In this document: piece by piece, positions 12,455-24,946 of the stretch
Position numbering within the stretch: position 1 is the stretch's first letter
Layout of the letters: every line of letters starts with the position of its first letter
From: Octopus sinensis
Lineage: Eukaryota
Length of the DNA: 64,000 bases
Assembly: GCF_006345805.1 (NCBI RefSeq)
Contig: NC_043011.1
Location: forward strand, 8,556,001-8,620,000
Direction: 5' to 3'
The notes under the pieces: model-generated
What the model was told of the DNA's origin: nothing
What the model saw: only the letters and a program-made list of their open reading frames with translations
Databases searched by the model: none
Program-made: the position numbers and the translations under genes

Positions 12455-12697
12455 CTGTGATCAAAGTGTGTTTCTGTTGTTGGATTGTGGCCATGCTGGG
12501 GCACCATATGAAAAGAGTTAGCTGATTGAAGTTTTGATCCAGTCCTTTTCTTTTTTTGTTAAATTCTGGTATGTAGGCTCAGTCAGGAGGATGTAAACAA
12601 AACAACCCCGTGTGTGAAGTAGTGAGAAACAAGCATAAAGACGCATGCATACACACCCTTACACCCACCCACACACACACTCTCTCATACACAAGCT

Positions 12698-12728
<31 letters not shown>

Positions 12729-12900
12729 TACATGTACATGTCTCTGGTTTCCACACAATTTCTGAGCACCAATTTTACAATGAAGACTTTGCTCAGCCCT
12801 CGGCTATAGAAAAAGATACTTGCACAAGGAGCTGTGCAGTGGGACCGAACCTGAAGGCTTGTGGTTCCCAAGTGACCTTCCTGATCATACAGCCATACCT
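12455..12900 (-). mobile_element. Degenerate SINE family 2
   Basis: GTGGCCATGCTGGGGCACC tail and CTATAGAAAAAGATACTTGCACAAGG head region. Confidence 0.6.
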
Positions 12901-12924
12901 GTGCCTTGTCCACTGCCAACATTT

Positions 12925-13140
12925 TAAACGCTATCCCAAGCATTCAAACTGGCCATATCAAGCCCAAATATTCTTCTAGTTTTATCCTCAAACCAACCAG
13001 ATCCAGCCTCTCACACCTACCCTGCAATGTCATTCTAAAGATAAAAAGTCACATCATTGAAATCTTGAAGATACAAGATTATGCAGGATTAATACAAAAT
13101 GCTGTGAATAATTATTACATTTGTCAGAGTAATGGGTAAA
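12925..13140 (+). mobile_element. piggyBac-like MITE family fragment (also 29790-30135 and 49959-50740)
   Basis: Shared GGCCTCTCACACCTACCCT.CAATGTCATTCTAAA core. The copy at 49959 begins TTAA-CCTTTTAGCATT. Confidence 0.6.
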
Positions 13141-13146
13141 GAGTGA

Positions 13147-13430
13147 AGGTGCATAGCTCAGTGGTTAGAGCACCAGGCTCACAATCCTGAGGTAGTGAGT
13201 TCAATTCTCGGACCATGCTGTGTGTTATGTTCTTGAGCAAGACACTTTATTTCATGTTGCTCAAGTTCATTCAGCTGTAGAAATGGGTTGTGACATCATA
13301 GGTGCCAAGCTTTCTCTTGGCTGGCATGGGGAGGGGTGGCTGGTGTGCATGGGCTGACTGCTGGTCTTCCATAAACAATCTTGCCTGGACATTGTACATG
13401 GGGGGTAACTTTCTAGGTGCAATCTCTGAT
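13147..13430 (+). mobile_element. tRNA-derived SINE family 3 (second copy 20130-20440)
   Basis: Box A TAGCTCAGTGG, box B AGTTCAATTC, TTGAGCAAGACACTTTATTTC core, shared TAACTTTCTAGGTGCAATC tail. Confidence 0.8.
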
Positions 13431-13439
13431 CTTGTCTGA

Positions 13440-13700
13440 TCCTCTGTGGATCAGGTATGAGGGCACAATGCCATCACACGATGTTGCTGCATCCACCATT
13501 TGCCAGTCTTTTCTTGGGCCATTCTGGCAAGCATCCCAAGTTGGTCAGTCAGTGCCCGTCTCTACAGGACACTTCCTCATCCACCACGACCATGAGGCAC
13601 GTGGCTGACCAACACGAGCCACTGCCCCAGCTGGATCCTCAAAGAAAAGAACATGACATACAGAACCCAACTCGGGAATTCAAACAACATGACTGAACAG
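13440..13700 (-). mobile_element. Old RTE-clade LINE C-terminal remnant
   Basis: Minus strand gives CHVLFFEDPAGAVARVGQPRASW.. and VDAATSCDG, resembling the RTE GRPR..W C-terminus. Confidence 0.5.
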
Positions 13701-14507
13701 TCTGAGCTGAGAACACTTACAAATCCTACAAGTAACAGGACTCACCCCAGTTTCTGAGAATAGTTGCTATTTGGATATGAAATTAAATGGTAACCGATAT
13801 TCCTGCAAAGCATCCTGGTACCAAAAGAATTCAGTGTAAAACGCTTCATTTCACATTGCCCCAATCCTCTCAGCTGAAGATGGAGTTACACTTTGATTGA
13901 CTGGTGACATATTTGGAGAGGAGTGTCATGATCTTGCTTAATTATATGCCATAGGCCTGTCTAGCTAACTGGCTGGGTGGCATCATTTGAAAGCTGCAAA
14001 GAAGTGCATTGTGATCAGTGGTGTATAACATCTGGTACTCTAGTTGATGCAGTGATATATTTGTGTGCGTGTGTCTCCACTGCCATTTGACAGCCTGTGT
14101 TGGTTTGTTTATGTTTCTGTGACAGTTTGGTGAAAAGAGACTGGTACCAGACTTTAATAACAAAAAATTTTTTTAAATTAAAAAAAAAAAATGAATACAC
14201 GCAGGAGTGGCTGTGTGGTAAGTAGCTTGCTTACCAACCACATGGTTCCAGGTTCAGTCCCACTGTGTGGCACCTTGGGCAAGTGTCTTCTACTATAGCC
14301 TCGGGCTGACCAAAGCCCTGTGAGTGGATTTTGTAGACGGAAACTGAAAGAAGCCCATCGTATATATATATATATATATTATATATATATATATATACAT
14401 AGAAATTCGGGGTGAGTACTTGATAATTGTAAGCACCTGTATATACCGTTTGGTGTGTAGGTGGTGGAGTAAATTAATCAAAATAAAAACATGATGCCAA
14501 GGATTCA

Positions 14508-14584
14508 GCGGTACATATGTTTCGGGCCTTTATTAGACGGATTATAACAATGCATAATGTGCGTCTGTGGTCTTCTTCAGCCGG
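14508..14584 (-). ncRNA. Hammerhead ribozyme (type I, PLE type), canonical core
   Basis: Minus strand reads cgg-CTGAAGA-agacc..aggccc-GAAA-CATATG-TA-ccg; it is the inverted partner of 14730-14807. Confidence 0.75.
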
Positions 14585-14729
14585 CGCACAACTACTTCTT
14601 CAAGGACATATATTACATCAAAAATTCTTGGTTGGGGATGCAAATCCTCTCATTCGCGTACGACGTAATGCGGCAACAGCATAAAAATGAAGCGTCCATC
14701 TCGTTCTTCTCTCAAAGAAGTAGTTGTGC

Positions 14730-14807
14730 GCGGCTGAAGAAGGCCACAGACGCACATTATGCATTGTTATAAATCCGTCTAATAAAGGCCCGAAACATAT
14801 GTACCGC
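14730..14807 (+). ncRNA. Hammerhead ribozyme (type I, PLE type), canonical core CUGAAGA/GAAA/GUA
   Basis: gcgg(14730-33)-CTGAAGA(14734-40)-aggcc..agacg..cgtct..aggccc-GAAA(14792-95)-CATATG-TA-ccgc(14804-07). Confidence 0.85.
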
Positions 14808-14854
14808 TGAATCTTTGGCATCATCTTTTTATTTTGATTAATTTATATATATAC

Positions 14855-14886
<32 letters not shown>

Positions 14887-15459
14887 ATATGTTTGTGTGT
14901 CTGTTTGTCCCCCCCAACATTGCTTGACAACCGATGCTGGTGTGTTTAGGTCCCTGTAACTTAGCGGTTCAGCAAAAGAGACCAATAGAATAAGTACTAG
15001 GCTAACAAAAAATAAGTCCTGGGTTCAATTTGATTCGACTAAAGGTGGTGCTCCAGCATGGCTGCAGTCAAATGATTGAAACAAGTAAAAAAGAAAATAC
15101 TAGGGTAGATTTGTTTGACTAAACCCTTCACGGCAATGCCCCAGCATGGCCGCAGTTCAAAGACTGAAACAAGTAGAAGAAAAAAAAATGTTATTGGGAG
15201 TCTGGGGTTGGGGCTACGACAAGAGGAGAAGGGGCCGAGTAAGTTAATGCCAAGAGGGTTTTTTGGGAGTTTTATACTGTTGTAGAAATGGACTAAGCAA
15301 ACGTCACAAAGGTGGCGGCGGTGGTGGTGGGGGGGGAGCTTTATTAGTATACAATGTGGGTGGGTGGGGGTGGGTAGTGGATCAGGTGTTGGCTGAATGT
15401 GTTTGTGGGGGTGGGGAGAATTTAGTATTTCAGGGCTAATTCATTTTATTTCCATTAGA

Positions 15460-16210
15460 TATTGTGTGTGTGTGTGTGTGTGTGCTTATGAATGTATGTA
15501 TGCATGTGTGTGTGTGTGTGCGTGTGTTGATATGTATTTGTATATTGTGTTATGTTTGTGTCTGCGCATATGTTTATTTTTTTAGTGCATGTCTGCATGT
15601 GTGTGTGTGCATATGTGCATATCTTTGCATGTGCGTATATATGTGTGTGTGTGTGTATATATATATATGTGTGTGTGTGTGTCTATTTTTGTTGTGTTGT
15701 GTATGCATACGTGTGTGTGTGTGCGCATATGTATGTGTGCAGATGTATGTTAGTGCGTATGCATATTTAGTGTATGTGTATGTATATGTTTTTATGCATG
15801 TGTGGGTGTTAGTGTATATGTGTATGCATACGTGTGTGTATGTGTGTTCATATCTATGCGTATATGCATATAAATGTGTGTATATATATATATATATACA
15901 CATGCATGTGTATGTCTATTTTTGTATACGTGTACCTGTTTGCACGTGTGTTAGTATTCGTGTGGGTGTTTGTGTGTGTATATATGTGTAGGCTTATATA
16001 TGTATGCGCATGCGTAACACTGTCTTTGTGTGTGTGTATGCATAGGGTTGCTCTTTGTCTCTGCATGTGTTTGCAGGGAAAAAAATGCATGTTTTTCTGT
16101 GTATGTCTTTGTTTGCATATGCATGCAATTTGTGCATGTGTGTGCTTGCATGTGTGTGTGTGTGTGTGTGTGTATGTGTGTGTGCTTGTGTGTGTGTGTA
16201 TGTGTGTGAA
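15460..16210. repeat. Degenerate (TG/TA)n low-complexity tract
   Basis: Directly visible; source of several spurious ORFs. Confidence 0.9.
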
Positions 16211-17338
16211 TGCTGGCACTCTGTTGGTTTTGACAGTGATCGTTCCAGTAGATCCAATGGATGGAACAGCCTGCTCAGAAGACAGGGGAGGGCGTGGGGA
16301 TGGGGTTGTGGCTTACCGGTTACCGTATTCAGCTTGCGTTTTGTCCTTAAGCAAGACGCTTTATTTCACATTGCTCCAGTCCACCCAGCTGCCAAAAAAA
16401 AAAAAAAACCCAGCTGTACCTGTAATTTCAAAGGGGGACCAGCCTTGTCACATTCTGTGTCACACTGAATCACCTTGAGAACTACGTTAAGGGTACGCGT
16501 GTCTGTGGAGTGCTCAGCCATTTTCCCGTTAATTTCCCGAGCAGGCTGTTCCAGTCCGTCGAGTCAAGTGGAACACTCATTGCGAGCGAGAGTGCCAGTG
16601 TGCATACGCATGTTTGCATATATGCATTTGTTGTGTATAGATATGGATCTGTGTGTGTGTGTGTTTGTTTGCTTATATATGTATGTGTTATTGTGGTGTA
16701 GCCCGTGTCAACCTTGGTTGAGTACACCTATGAGATCAAAGATATTCCAAGCATGACTATACAATCTTTTTGTTTTTTAGGATGTGTATGTATGTATGTG
16801 TGTGTGTGTGTATGTCTAAGATTTCATTAGCTGATGTGTCCCTCCCTATTTAAGCGAGTGGGAATAAATATTGAACTGAGGGGTATTTGGCTGCTATTTC
16901 TAGCATGCAGATTGACCGCACAGACCTACCTTCTGTTTGCATGGTTGGATGAATCTGCGTTACTAAATGAACAGGTATGTGATTGTGACGGTGAGGGATG
17001 TCGAGCCCTTATGTGTGTGCAGTGTGCAGTGTGTGTGTGTGTGATAACTCAAGCACACATTTTGCGCAACAGAATAATTGGAAAATGAAATTCTTGGTTT
17101 CATTTATGCACTAGAACACGGGAGTATAGGCACAAGTACACACACACACAGAGGCACACGCAAGCACACACAAGCACACACACACACACACACAGAGGCA
17201 CACACAAGCACACACACAGACACACAGGCATCCATCTAAATACACATGGGCTAGCCAGCTAGATATGATAAACGAGATAGGTAGGTAGGTAGGTGGGTAG
17301 AAAGGTAGGCGGATAGATACACAGATAGATAGGTGGAT

Positions 17339-17736
17339 AGGCGTGGCTGTGTGGTAAAAAGCTTGCTCCCCAACCACATGGTTCTGGGTTCAGTCCCACT
17401 GCATAGCACCTTGGGTAGGTGTCTTTTACAATAGCCTCAGGCTGACCAAAGCCTTGTGAGTGGATTTAGTAGATGGAAACTGAAAGAAGCCCATCGTATA
17501 TTTATGCATGCGTTTACGTGTGTGTCTGCATTTGTTCCACCAGAATTGTTTGTCAAGTTACAGGGACGGTGCTGGTGTGTTTATGTCCCTGTAACTTAGC
17601 AGTTTGGCAAAAATAGAATAAGTACTAGGCTTACAAGGAATAAGTTCTGGGGTCAATTTCTTTGACTAAAACTCCTGAAGGTGGTGTTCCAGCATGGCCA
17701 CAATCAAATGACTGAAACAAGTAAAAGTATAAAAGA
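17339..17736 (+). mobile_element. SINE family 2, near full length
   Basis: tRNA-like head, internal simple repeat, and tail CCAGCATGGCCACAATCAAATGACTGAAACAAGTAAAAG. Confidence 0.85.
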
Positions 17737-18164
17737 ATTTATGTACATATGTATATATTTTCCCCAACTTGATGGGCATAAAACAACATGACAGCCTAAA
17801 CTCAGGACTTTTAGCGAGACACCACTTTATGTGTGGCTGTACCTGATGTGACCCAAACTGCAAAATGGATGCACCACAACATGTTGAATGGAGTGACCCA
17901 CCCAAAAGGGACAGTAGCAGGAGGGGTTGAAATTATCGTTGTACAAAATAAAGATTAATACCAAATCCATCTTCTGGTTACTTAATTACCACTGTCTCAA
18001 CTAACACTGTGGAATTCCTGAAGTAGATCCAACGGAAATACATCCCAACTGCAGATGACACCAGGCAGCCCCAAACTGTGCCAGTGTGCCACTCAACACT
18101 TCAACACACTAGTCAACATATACCCATTAGTCCATAATATTAAATATATATATGTATACATCAG

Positions 18165-18540
18165 AGGCACATTGGCTCAGTGGTTAGGACAGTGGGCTTG
18201 TGGTCGTAGGATCACAGTTTCGATTCCCAGACCGGCCATTGTGAGTATTTATTGAGTGAAAACACCTAAAGCTCCAAGAGGCTCTGGCAGGGGGTGGTGC
18301 CGAACCCTGCTGTACTCTTTCACCACAACTTTCTCTCACTCTTACTTCCTGTTTCTGTTGTACCTGTATTTCAAAGCTTTGTCACACTCTGTGTCACGCT
18401 GAATCTCCCTGAGAACTACGTTAAGGGTACACGTGTCTGTGAAGTGCTCAGCCACTTGCACGTTAATTTCACGAGCATACTGTTCCGTTGATCGGATCAA
18501 GTGGAACCTCATCATCGCAACCGATGGAGTGCCACGACAA
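18165..18540 (+). mobile_element. tRNA-derived SINE family 4 (minus copy 47770-48140; related tails at 16330-16580 and 30990-31380)
   Basis: Box A TGGCTCAGTGG, box B TTTCGATTCCC, shared GAGAACTACGTTAAGGGTACACGTGTCTGTG tail. Confidence 0.8.
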
Positions 18541-18640
18541 CGATATCTGTCTGTCTGTCTGTCCGTCCGTCCGTCCGTATGTATGTATGTATGTATGTGT
18601 ATATACATATATATATATATATGTATATGTATGTATATAT

Positions 18641-19390
18641 CAGTCGAAACTCCCGCACTCGGGCTGTTGGACTTATCCCGAGTATAAATTTAGTAAAGTG
18701 AACCTGTATTTTTCAAGCTGATTTAAAATCTGCCATCACTGACTTCAAGTATGGGTTCTTTTTATTAATCCTAGTTGTTGTTCATTTATTTTTGTTCAGC
18801 ATCTGGCGGTCATCTTAGAGGTGCCCTGTATCAAAAACTATCATCCGTAGCAGATGTTCTTTTGACATCGTCCACACGCGCCTGACTCGGGGCTCAGAAG
18901 TTACAACCCAAGTTGTTATCTATAATCGTAAAAATTAAAAGTAATTCAAATTCAATGTTTTCTTGAAACAATAAATTTCTATAGAGATTAGGATTTAAAT
19001 TCCAATCTGTGAGAAGCTTCCGTTCTACAATATTCTTAAAGGAACAAAAAATTATCCAACAATTTGGGTTAATTACAAATGAGCCTGGGAGGTGTGAAAG
19101 ACTAACTGGCATCTCTTGTCAAGAGTACAGGCGACAGTCAGATCGCTGATGCTTGTCTTTATTTCATTACTGTTGTTTTGTGTGTCTGAATGTAAAGAAA
19201 AGTTGTGTTTTGCATGGTTGCTTTATTTTTACCCTAGAAGTGGAGAAAGATATACTGCTAGATATTAAAAATAAGCCATTTGGGGCAAGAAATGTTGTGG
19301 AAAAACGTACAATTCTTTGAGCAGGCATGTGTCTTATGTGAAATTTGTGATTAGCCTGAGTGATGAAATCAGTGATTAGCCCGAGTGACA
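18641..19390. mobile_element. Unclassified 750-bp insertion in (TA)n with a 10-bp (sub)terminal inverted repeat
   Basis: CACTCGGGCT at 18656-18665 and AGCCCGAGTG at 19378-19387; TA runs on both flanks. Confidence 0.4.
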
Positions 19391-19527
19391 TATATATATA
19401 TCAATAGAGAGAGAGAGAGAGATGTAGATAGACTGGTGGATAGTTACATTGACAAATAAGTAGATTGGAAAATAGATAGTTGACCAGCAAGATACACACA
19501 CACCTATCAATCTTTGTGAATATATAT

Positions 19528-19583
<56 letters not shown>

Positions 19584-20450
19584 GCACACATATGTATATG
19601 CATCATTATTATCATTGTTTTCTGTCCACTTTCCATGCTAGCTTGGGTTGGATGGCTTGTGAAGGTCTGAATCAGCACACACACACACACACTTATATGA
19701 GGTACAGGGTTTGATTCCTTGTGGAGGCTTGCTGGCCACATTTTGCCATCTTCTAAAAAGTATTCACCTGATTTCCTAAGCTACCTTCGCAGTCTTCCCA
19801 CATTTGTGAATTCCTTTATTTTTATAGAATACTGCCACATGTGCTGCTTATAAGTTTGTTTAAAATATATTTACATACTTACATAAATATATACACACCA
19901 CACACACACACACACACACATACATCTATAATATATATATATATGTATTAATTACAGGATTCATTAGAATCTAGGTGCATCAAAAGTAGGGTGCCAGAAC
20001 TGGCTGGGTACCCTACCATTTAGTCCACAGTAAGGTAAAACAGCCATTAAGTGTCTTTTGTTGGTAGTATACCACAGATATGTATGTGAGTGTGTGTGTG
20101 TGTGTGTGGTGTATATATATATATGTTGATGCCAGCGTTGAGTTTACGATCGTGAGGTTGTGAGCTCGAATCTTGGACCGGGCTGTGTGTTGTGTTCTTG
20201 AGCAAGGCACTTTATTTCACGTTGCTCCAGTTCACTCAGCTATAGAAATGAGTTGCGACGTCACAGGTGCCAAGCTGTATCAGCCCCTTTGCCTTTCCCT
20301 TGGATAACATCAGTGGAGAGGAGAGGTTGGTATGCATGGGTGAATGCTGGCCTTCCATAAACAACCCTGCCCGGACTTGTGCTTAGGAGGGTAACTTTCT
20401 AGGTGCAATCCCATGGTCATTCATGACCGAAGGAGGTCAGGAGGTCTCAT

Positions 20451-20506
<56 letters not shown>

Positions 20507-20511
<5 letters not shown>

Positions 20512-20874
20512 ATATAAACGGCAGTTTGTCTGTGTGTGTTTCTGTGTGTCTGTTAGGTTGTACCCTCACCCTGACCACGGCTTTCAACCGATTCTGATGA
20601 AACTTGACACACACATAGCCCAATGTCATAATTCAAAACTAACGCAGCGAAAATTTTGAAAAGTTCCCCCAGTTCTGAAAAAGATCGATAAATTCGACAT
20701 GGGGTCGAGAATCAGAAACACAAACCACAGACTGTCTAGGGGACGCAACTCGACCTTTTTAACTAAAAAAAAAATTTACCATAATTTTTTTTCCATTTTT
20801 TGGCTATAACTCTCTAAAAATGCTTTATAGTTATTTCCCTTACAAACCCGAGCAACGCCGGGCGATACTGCTAG
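20507..20874 (+). mobile_element. Non-autonomous Helitron, copy 1
   Basis: 5' TC, 3' CTAG, subterminal hairpin CCCGAGCAACGCCGGG, A|T insertion site without TSD. Confidence 0.88.
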
Positions 20875-20883
20875 TATATATAT

Positions 20884-20913
<30 letters not shown>

Positions 20914-20914
<1 letters not shown>

Positions 20915-21282
20915 CTCTATATATAACGGCAGTTTGTCTGTGTGTGTTTCTGTGTGTCTGTTAGGTTGTACCCTCACCCTGACCACGGCTTTCAACCGAT
21001 TCTGATGAAACTTGACACACACATAGCCCAATGTCATAATTCAAAACTAACGCAGCGAAAATTTTGAAAAGTTCCCCCAGTTCTGAAAAAGATCGATAAA
21101 TTCGACATGGGGTCGAGAATCAGAAACACAAACCACAGACTGTCTAGGGGACGCAACTCGACCTTTTTAACTAAAAAAAAAATTTACCATAATTTTTTTT
21201 CCATTTTTTGGCTATAACTCTCTAAAAATGCTTTATAGTTATTTCCCTTACAAACCCGAGCAACGCCGGGCGATACTGCTAG
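20914..21282 (+). mobile_element. Non-autonomous Helitron, copy 2 (near-identical tandem copy)
   Basis: Same termini and essentially the same sequence as copy 1. Confidence 0.88.
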
Positions 21283-21306
21283 TATATATATATATATATA
21301 TATATA

Positions 21307-22025
21307 TTAGGTCATCCTGTAAATAATGTGGTTTTATATACTTTTATTTTTCAAAATTAAGATAAACAAAGTTCTTTTTTAATCTAAAATATTCTCTCCT
21401 TCATTTTCTACAATGCTCTTCCATCTATCTGGTAGACTTGCAAGGTCCCTCTTCCAAAATTCACTCGTCCGTGATAAAAGATACTCCTCTACTAGTTCTG
21501 ACCTTGTCTACAGAATTCAGATTTTTTTCTGTCTAAATGATTTTGAAGACTGCAGAATAAATGATAATCAGATGGGACAATGTCCGGCATTGGAATGTCA
21601 TCCTTGCTGTATGTGGCCAAGTATTATCCTGACGGAAGAACACCTTTTGTCTTGAAACTAAAGAAGGTCATTTTTCTTCTAGCGCTGACTTCAGCCGCTC
21701 AAGCTGTTTGCAGTAGATCTCCCTTGTTATTGTTTGGTTTGTGTTTAAAAGTTCAAAGTCGACTAAACCTTTCATATCCCACCAAACAGATAACAACACC
21801 TTACGTGGGTGAAGACCTTCTTTAGCCTGGGGTGCTGGTGTTTGTCCTTTCCCTACCCACTGTCTTTGGCACTTGACATTTTTATAGAGAACCCATTTCT
21901 TGTCACCATTCACTATTCAGTTCGAAAAAAGGCTCACCTGTGAGACGTAACAGCTAAGAAGAGCACAAATTCACTCTGCATGCAATTACACTCGGAAAGT
22001 TTGTGAGGAATCCATTGACTGAATT
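21307..22025 (-). pseudogene. Mariner transposase catalytic-domain remnant with 3' TIR
   Basis: Motifs QWIPHKL, GDKKWVLY, LHPRKVLLSVWWD, PDIVPSDYHLF and LPDRWKSIVENEG; TA-TTAGGTCATCC end at about 21307. Confidence 0.9.
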
Positions 22026-22099
22026 GTTGACTTTTTCGATGGCACACAGGTGTTGATGAATGGTTGAGCATAAAATCACAATACTTTATGTAAAGTAAA

Positions 22100-22275
22100 T
22101 ATAACCAGATCGGTCCCAAAATCTAATCAATTAATGCCAGTCATGAGGCCAAACATCCTTGAAAGTTTCATCCAAATCTATCCAGCGGTTCTTCGGATAT
22201 TTTGTCCATGGACAAACAAACAAACAAACATGACTGAAAACAATACCTCTGCCTTAGTGAAGGCAGAGGTAAAAA
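22100..22275. mobile_element. Helentron-type non-autonomous element, end fragment
   Basis: Terminal hairpin TACCTCTGCCTT-agtg-AAGGCAGAGGTA and (ACAA)n; homologous to 42810-42925. Confidence 0.6.
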
Positions 22276-22365
22276 AATATACAGTACAGTTTCTAATTTG
22301 CAGATTTTAATACCTATCGCAGGGGTTTTTGGAACATAACACCTGCAATAGTCAAGGGATTACTG

Positions 22366-22451
<86 letters not shown>

Positions 22452-22644
22452 GATGTCTATTCTGATATTTCGCTTTGGCATAGTGATACCAATAACCTGG
22501 CGTTGGAACTCGATAGGCATTTACTTCAGGACAAAGCATCGGTTGAGTGCAGAGCAGTAACGAGGAATTAGAAAGACAAAAGAATAAATAATTATGTTTG
22601 CTGTTCATAGCAATTGCTTATTCTTTTGTCTTGCTAATTTCTTA

Positions 22645-22880
22645 TATCTATCTATCTATCTGTCTATCTATCTATCCATCTACCTATCTCTCTATCTATC
22701 TACTCTCTATTTATCTATCTATCTATCTATCTATCTGCCTGTCTATCTACCTACCTATCTATCTATCTATCTGTCTATCTATTTATCTATCTATCTATCT
22801 ATCTATCTACCTATCTACCTACCTACCTACCTACTTACCTACCTACCTACCTATCTATCTATCTGTCTGTCTGTCTCTCT
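22645..22880. repeat. (TCTA)n/(CCTA)n microsatellite
   Basis: Directly visible. Confidence 0.95.
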
Positions 22881-22893
22881 GTGTATATATATA

Positions 22894-23288
22894 TCTTTAT
22901 ATATAAAAGTGAAGTTGTGTGTCTGTCTCCTATGATTTAGATTCCTAACTACTCCCACATTTTGCGGTGCAGTGTAACCAAAAGCGGGTATCTTATAGTC
23001 GTGAATCATATCGAGCCCTTCTGGGTATTAGCGCGTGTCTACGATGAGTCTACGATTTAAAAAAAAATTTACCATAATTTTTTCCCATTTTTAATGCATT
23101 TTTTTGCTATTATATAAGGGAAGTAACTCTCTAAAAATGTATTATTAAATCTCAGAACGTAAAAAGCTACAGTAACACCTCCCTTTGTGGTTAGCCATAT
23201 TGAGATGGCTATTATACTTTACATCTCTAAAAATGCTTATATAGTTATTTCCCTTACAAACCCGAGCAACGCCGGGCGATACTGCTAG
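22894..23288 (+). mobile_element. Non-autonomous Helitron with a different 5' part and the same 3' end as 20507/20914
   Basis: TC start; ends TTATTTCCCTTACAAACCCGAGCAACGCCGGGCGATACTGCTAG. Confidence 0.85.
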
Positions 23289-23642
23289 TGTATATATATA
23301 TATATATGTATAGGTATTTTTATATTATATTTAAACATTTAGTTCAATTTAATCCAGTTTTGCCAAACTTAAGGCATTTATATGTGTGTCTACACCCACG
23401 TGTGTGTCTATATGTGTCTGTCCACGTGTCTATTTAAGTGTCTTTATGCGTCTGTGTCTGTGCAGGGTGAAAGAGAAAAGAGACAAGCAGGCAGACAGGC
23501 AGACAGGCTGATATTGAAAATATTGGTTTCAAAGTAGGCGGCAGCTATTAATAAATCATGCGTGCACTTGTGTATAAACATGCACGCATAACTGCATGTA
23601 TGCGTTCATATAAATACACATATATAGTTATGCATGAGTTTG

Positions 23643-23697
<55 letters not shown>

Positions 23698-23884
23698 AAA
23701 ACCTTGCAAAAAAAAATCAGAAGCTGATTCTTTCTGATCATCAAATCCCCGAGCGTTACGTAACTTAAAAAACAGAAGAGCTGAAGAGGATGGTGATGCC
23801 GAGAGGTATATAGGAAGTGGAAGATGAGGATGAGAGACTGGGTGGGGAGAGGGAGAGGGTGAGAAAGGTAGAGACCAAAATAGA

Positions 23885-23920
23885 GATAGAGAAAACAAGT
23901 CTGAGAGAGAGAGAGAAAAC

Positions 23921-23959
<39 letters not shown>

Positions 23960-24081
23960 CAAGTCTGAGAGAGAGAGAGAGAGAGAGAGAAAACAAGTCT
24001 GAGAGAGAGAGAAGAGAGAAAACAAGTCTGAGAGAGAGAGAGAGAGAAAACAAGTCTGAGAGAGAGAGAGAGAAAACAAGT

Positions 24082-24119
<38 letters not shown>

Positions 24120-24144
24120 CAAGTCTGAGAGAGAGAAAACATGT

Positions 24145-24189
<45 letters not shown>

Positions 24190-24195
24190 CAAGTC

Positions 24196-24230
<35 letters not shown>

Positions 24231-24632
24231 CTGAGAGAGAGAGAGAGAGAGAGAGAGAAAACAAGTCTGAGAGAGAGAGAGAAAAAACAAGTCAGAGAGA
24301 GAGAGAGAGAAAACAAGTCAGAGAGAGAGAGAGAGAAAACATGTCTGAGAGAGAGAGAGAGAAAACATGTCTGAGAGAGAGAGAGAAAGAGAAAACAAGT
24401 CTGAGAGAGAGAGAGAAAAAACAAGTCAGAGAGAGAGAGAGAAAAAACAAGTCAGAGAGAGAGAGAGAGAAAACATGTCTGAGAGAGAGAGAGAGAAAAC
24501 ATGTCTGAGAGAGAGAGAGAGAGAGAAAACAAGTCAGAGAGAGAGAGAGAGAGAGAAAACAATGTCTGAGAGAGAGAGAGAGAAAACATGTCTGAGAGAG
24601 AGAGAGAGAGAAAACAAGTCAGAGAGAGAGAG
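23885..24632. repeat. Minisatellite: (GA)n punctuated by AAAACA(A/T)GTC(T)
   Basis: More than 20 units with variable GA length. Confidence 0.95.
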
Positions 24633-24946
24633 CGACATATACAGAGAGAGAGAGCTAGCTAGAGAGCAAGTGAAAGAGACCTGTATAGTAGATGAGGAAG
24701 CGACAGGGTGGGGGGGGGGGCGATAGTCTTTAGCTGATCAATCGGCCTTTAATCAGTTGAATGTTCGATATTGTATAGGCTGATATTATTGGAGTGGTTG
24801 TAGACAAGCCAACAGGGGAGGAGGAGGAGGAGGTTTCCATAGCCGAAGCCAAAATGTAGCATCAATCACCATCATCACTTCCACTTACACCTCTACATCA
24901 TCATCGTTATTATTATTATTATTAGTGTTGTTGTTGTTGGTGTTAT

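Larger units (their letters stand above)
14201..15095 (+). mobile_element. SINE family 2, full length, interrupted in its internal (TA)n by a PLE-type insertion
   Basis: Head 14201-14360 and tail 14890-15095 match the copy at 17339-17736, which lacks the insertion. Confidence 0.85.

Noticed and set aside
12273-12494. 73-aa ORF in unique-looking sequence
   Set aside because: It starts inside a SINE tail, has no recognisable motif and no clear splice signals.
15315-15420. G-rich tract with G-quadruplex potential
   Set aside because: Such low-complexity G runs are common throughout the window and have no specific context here.
23885-24632. Regularly interspaced short repeats, superficially CRISPR-like
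   Set aside because: The spacers are just (GA)n of variable length, there are no cas genes, and the context is eukaryotic.
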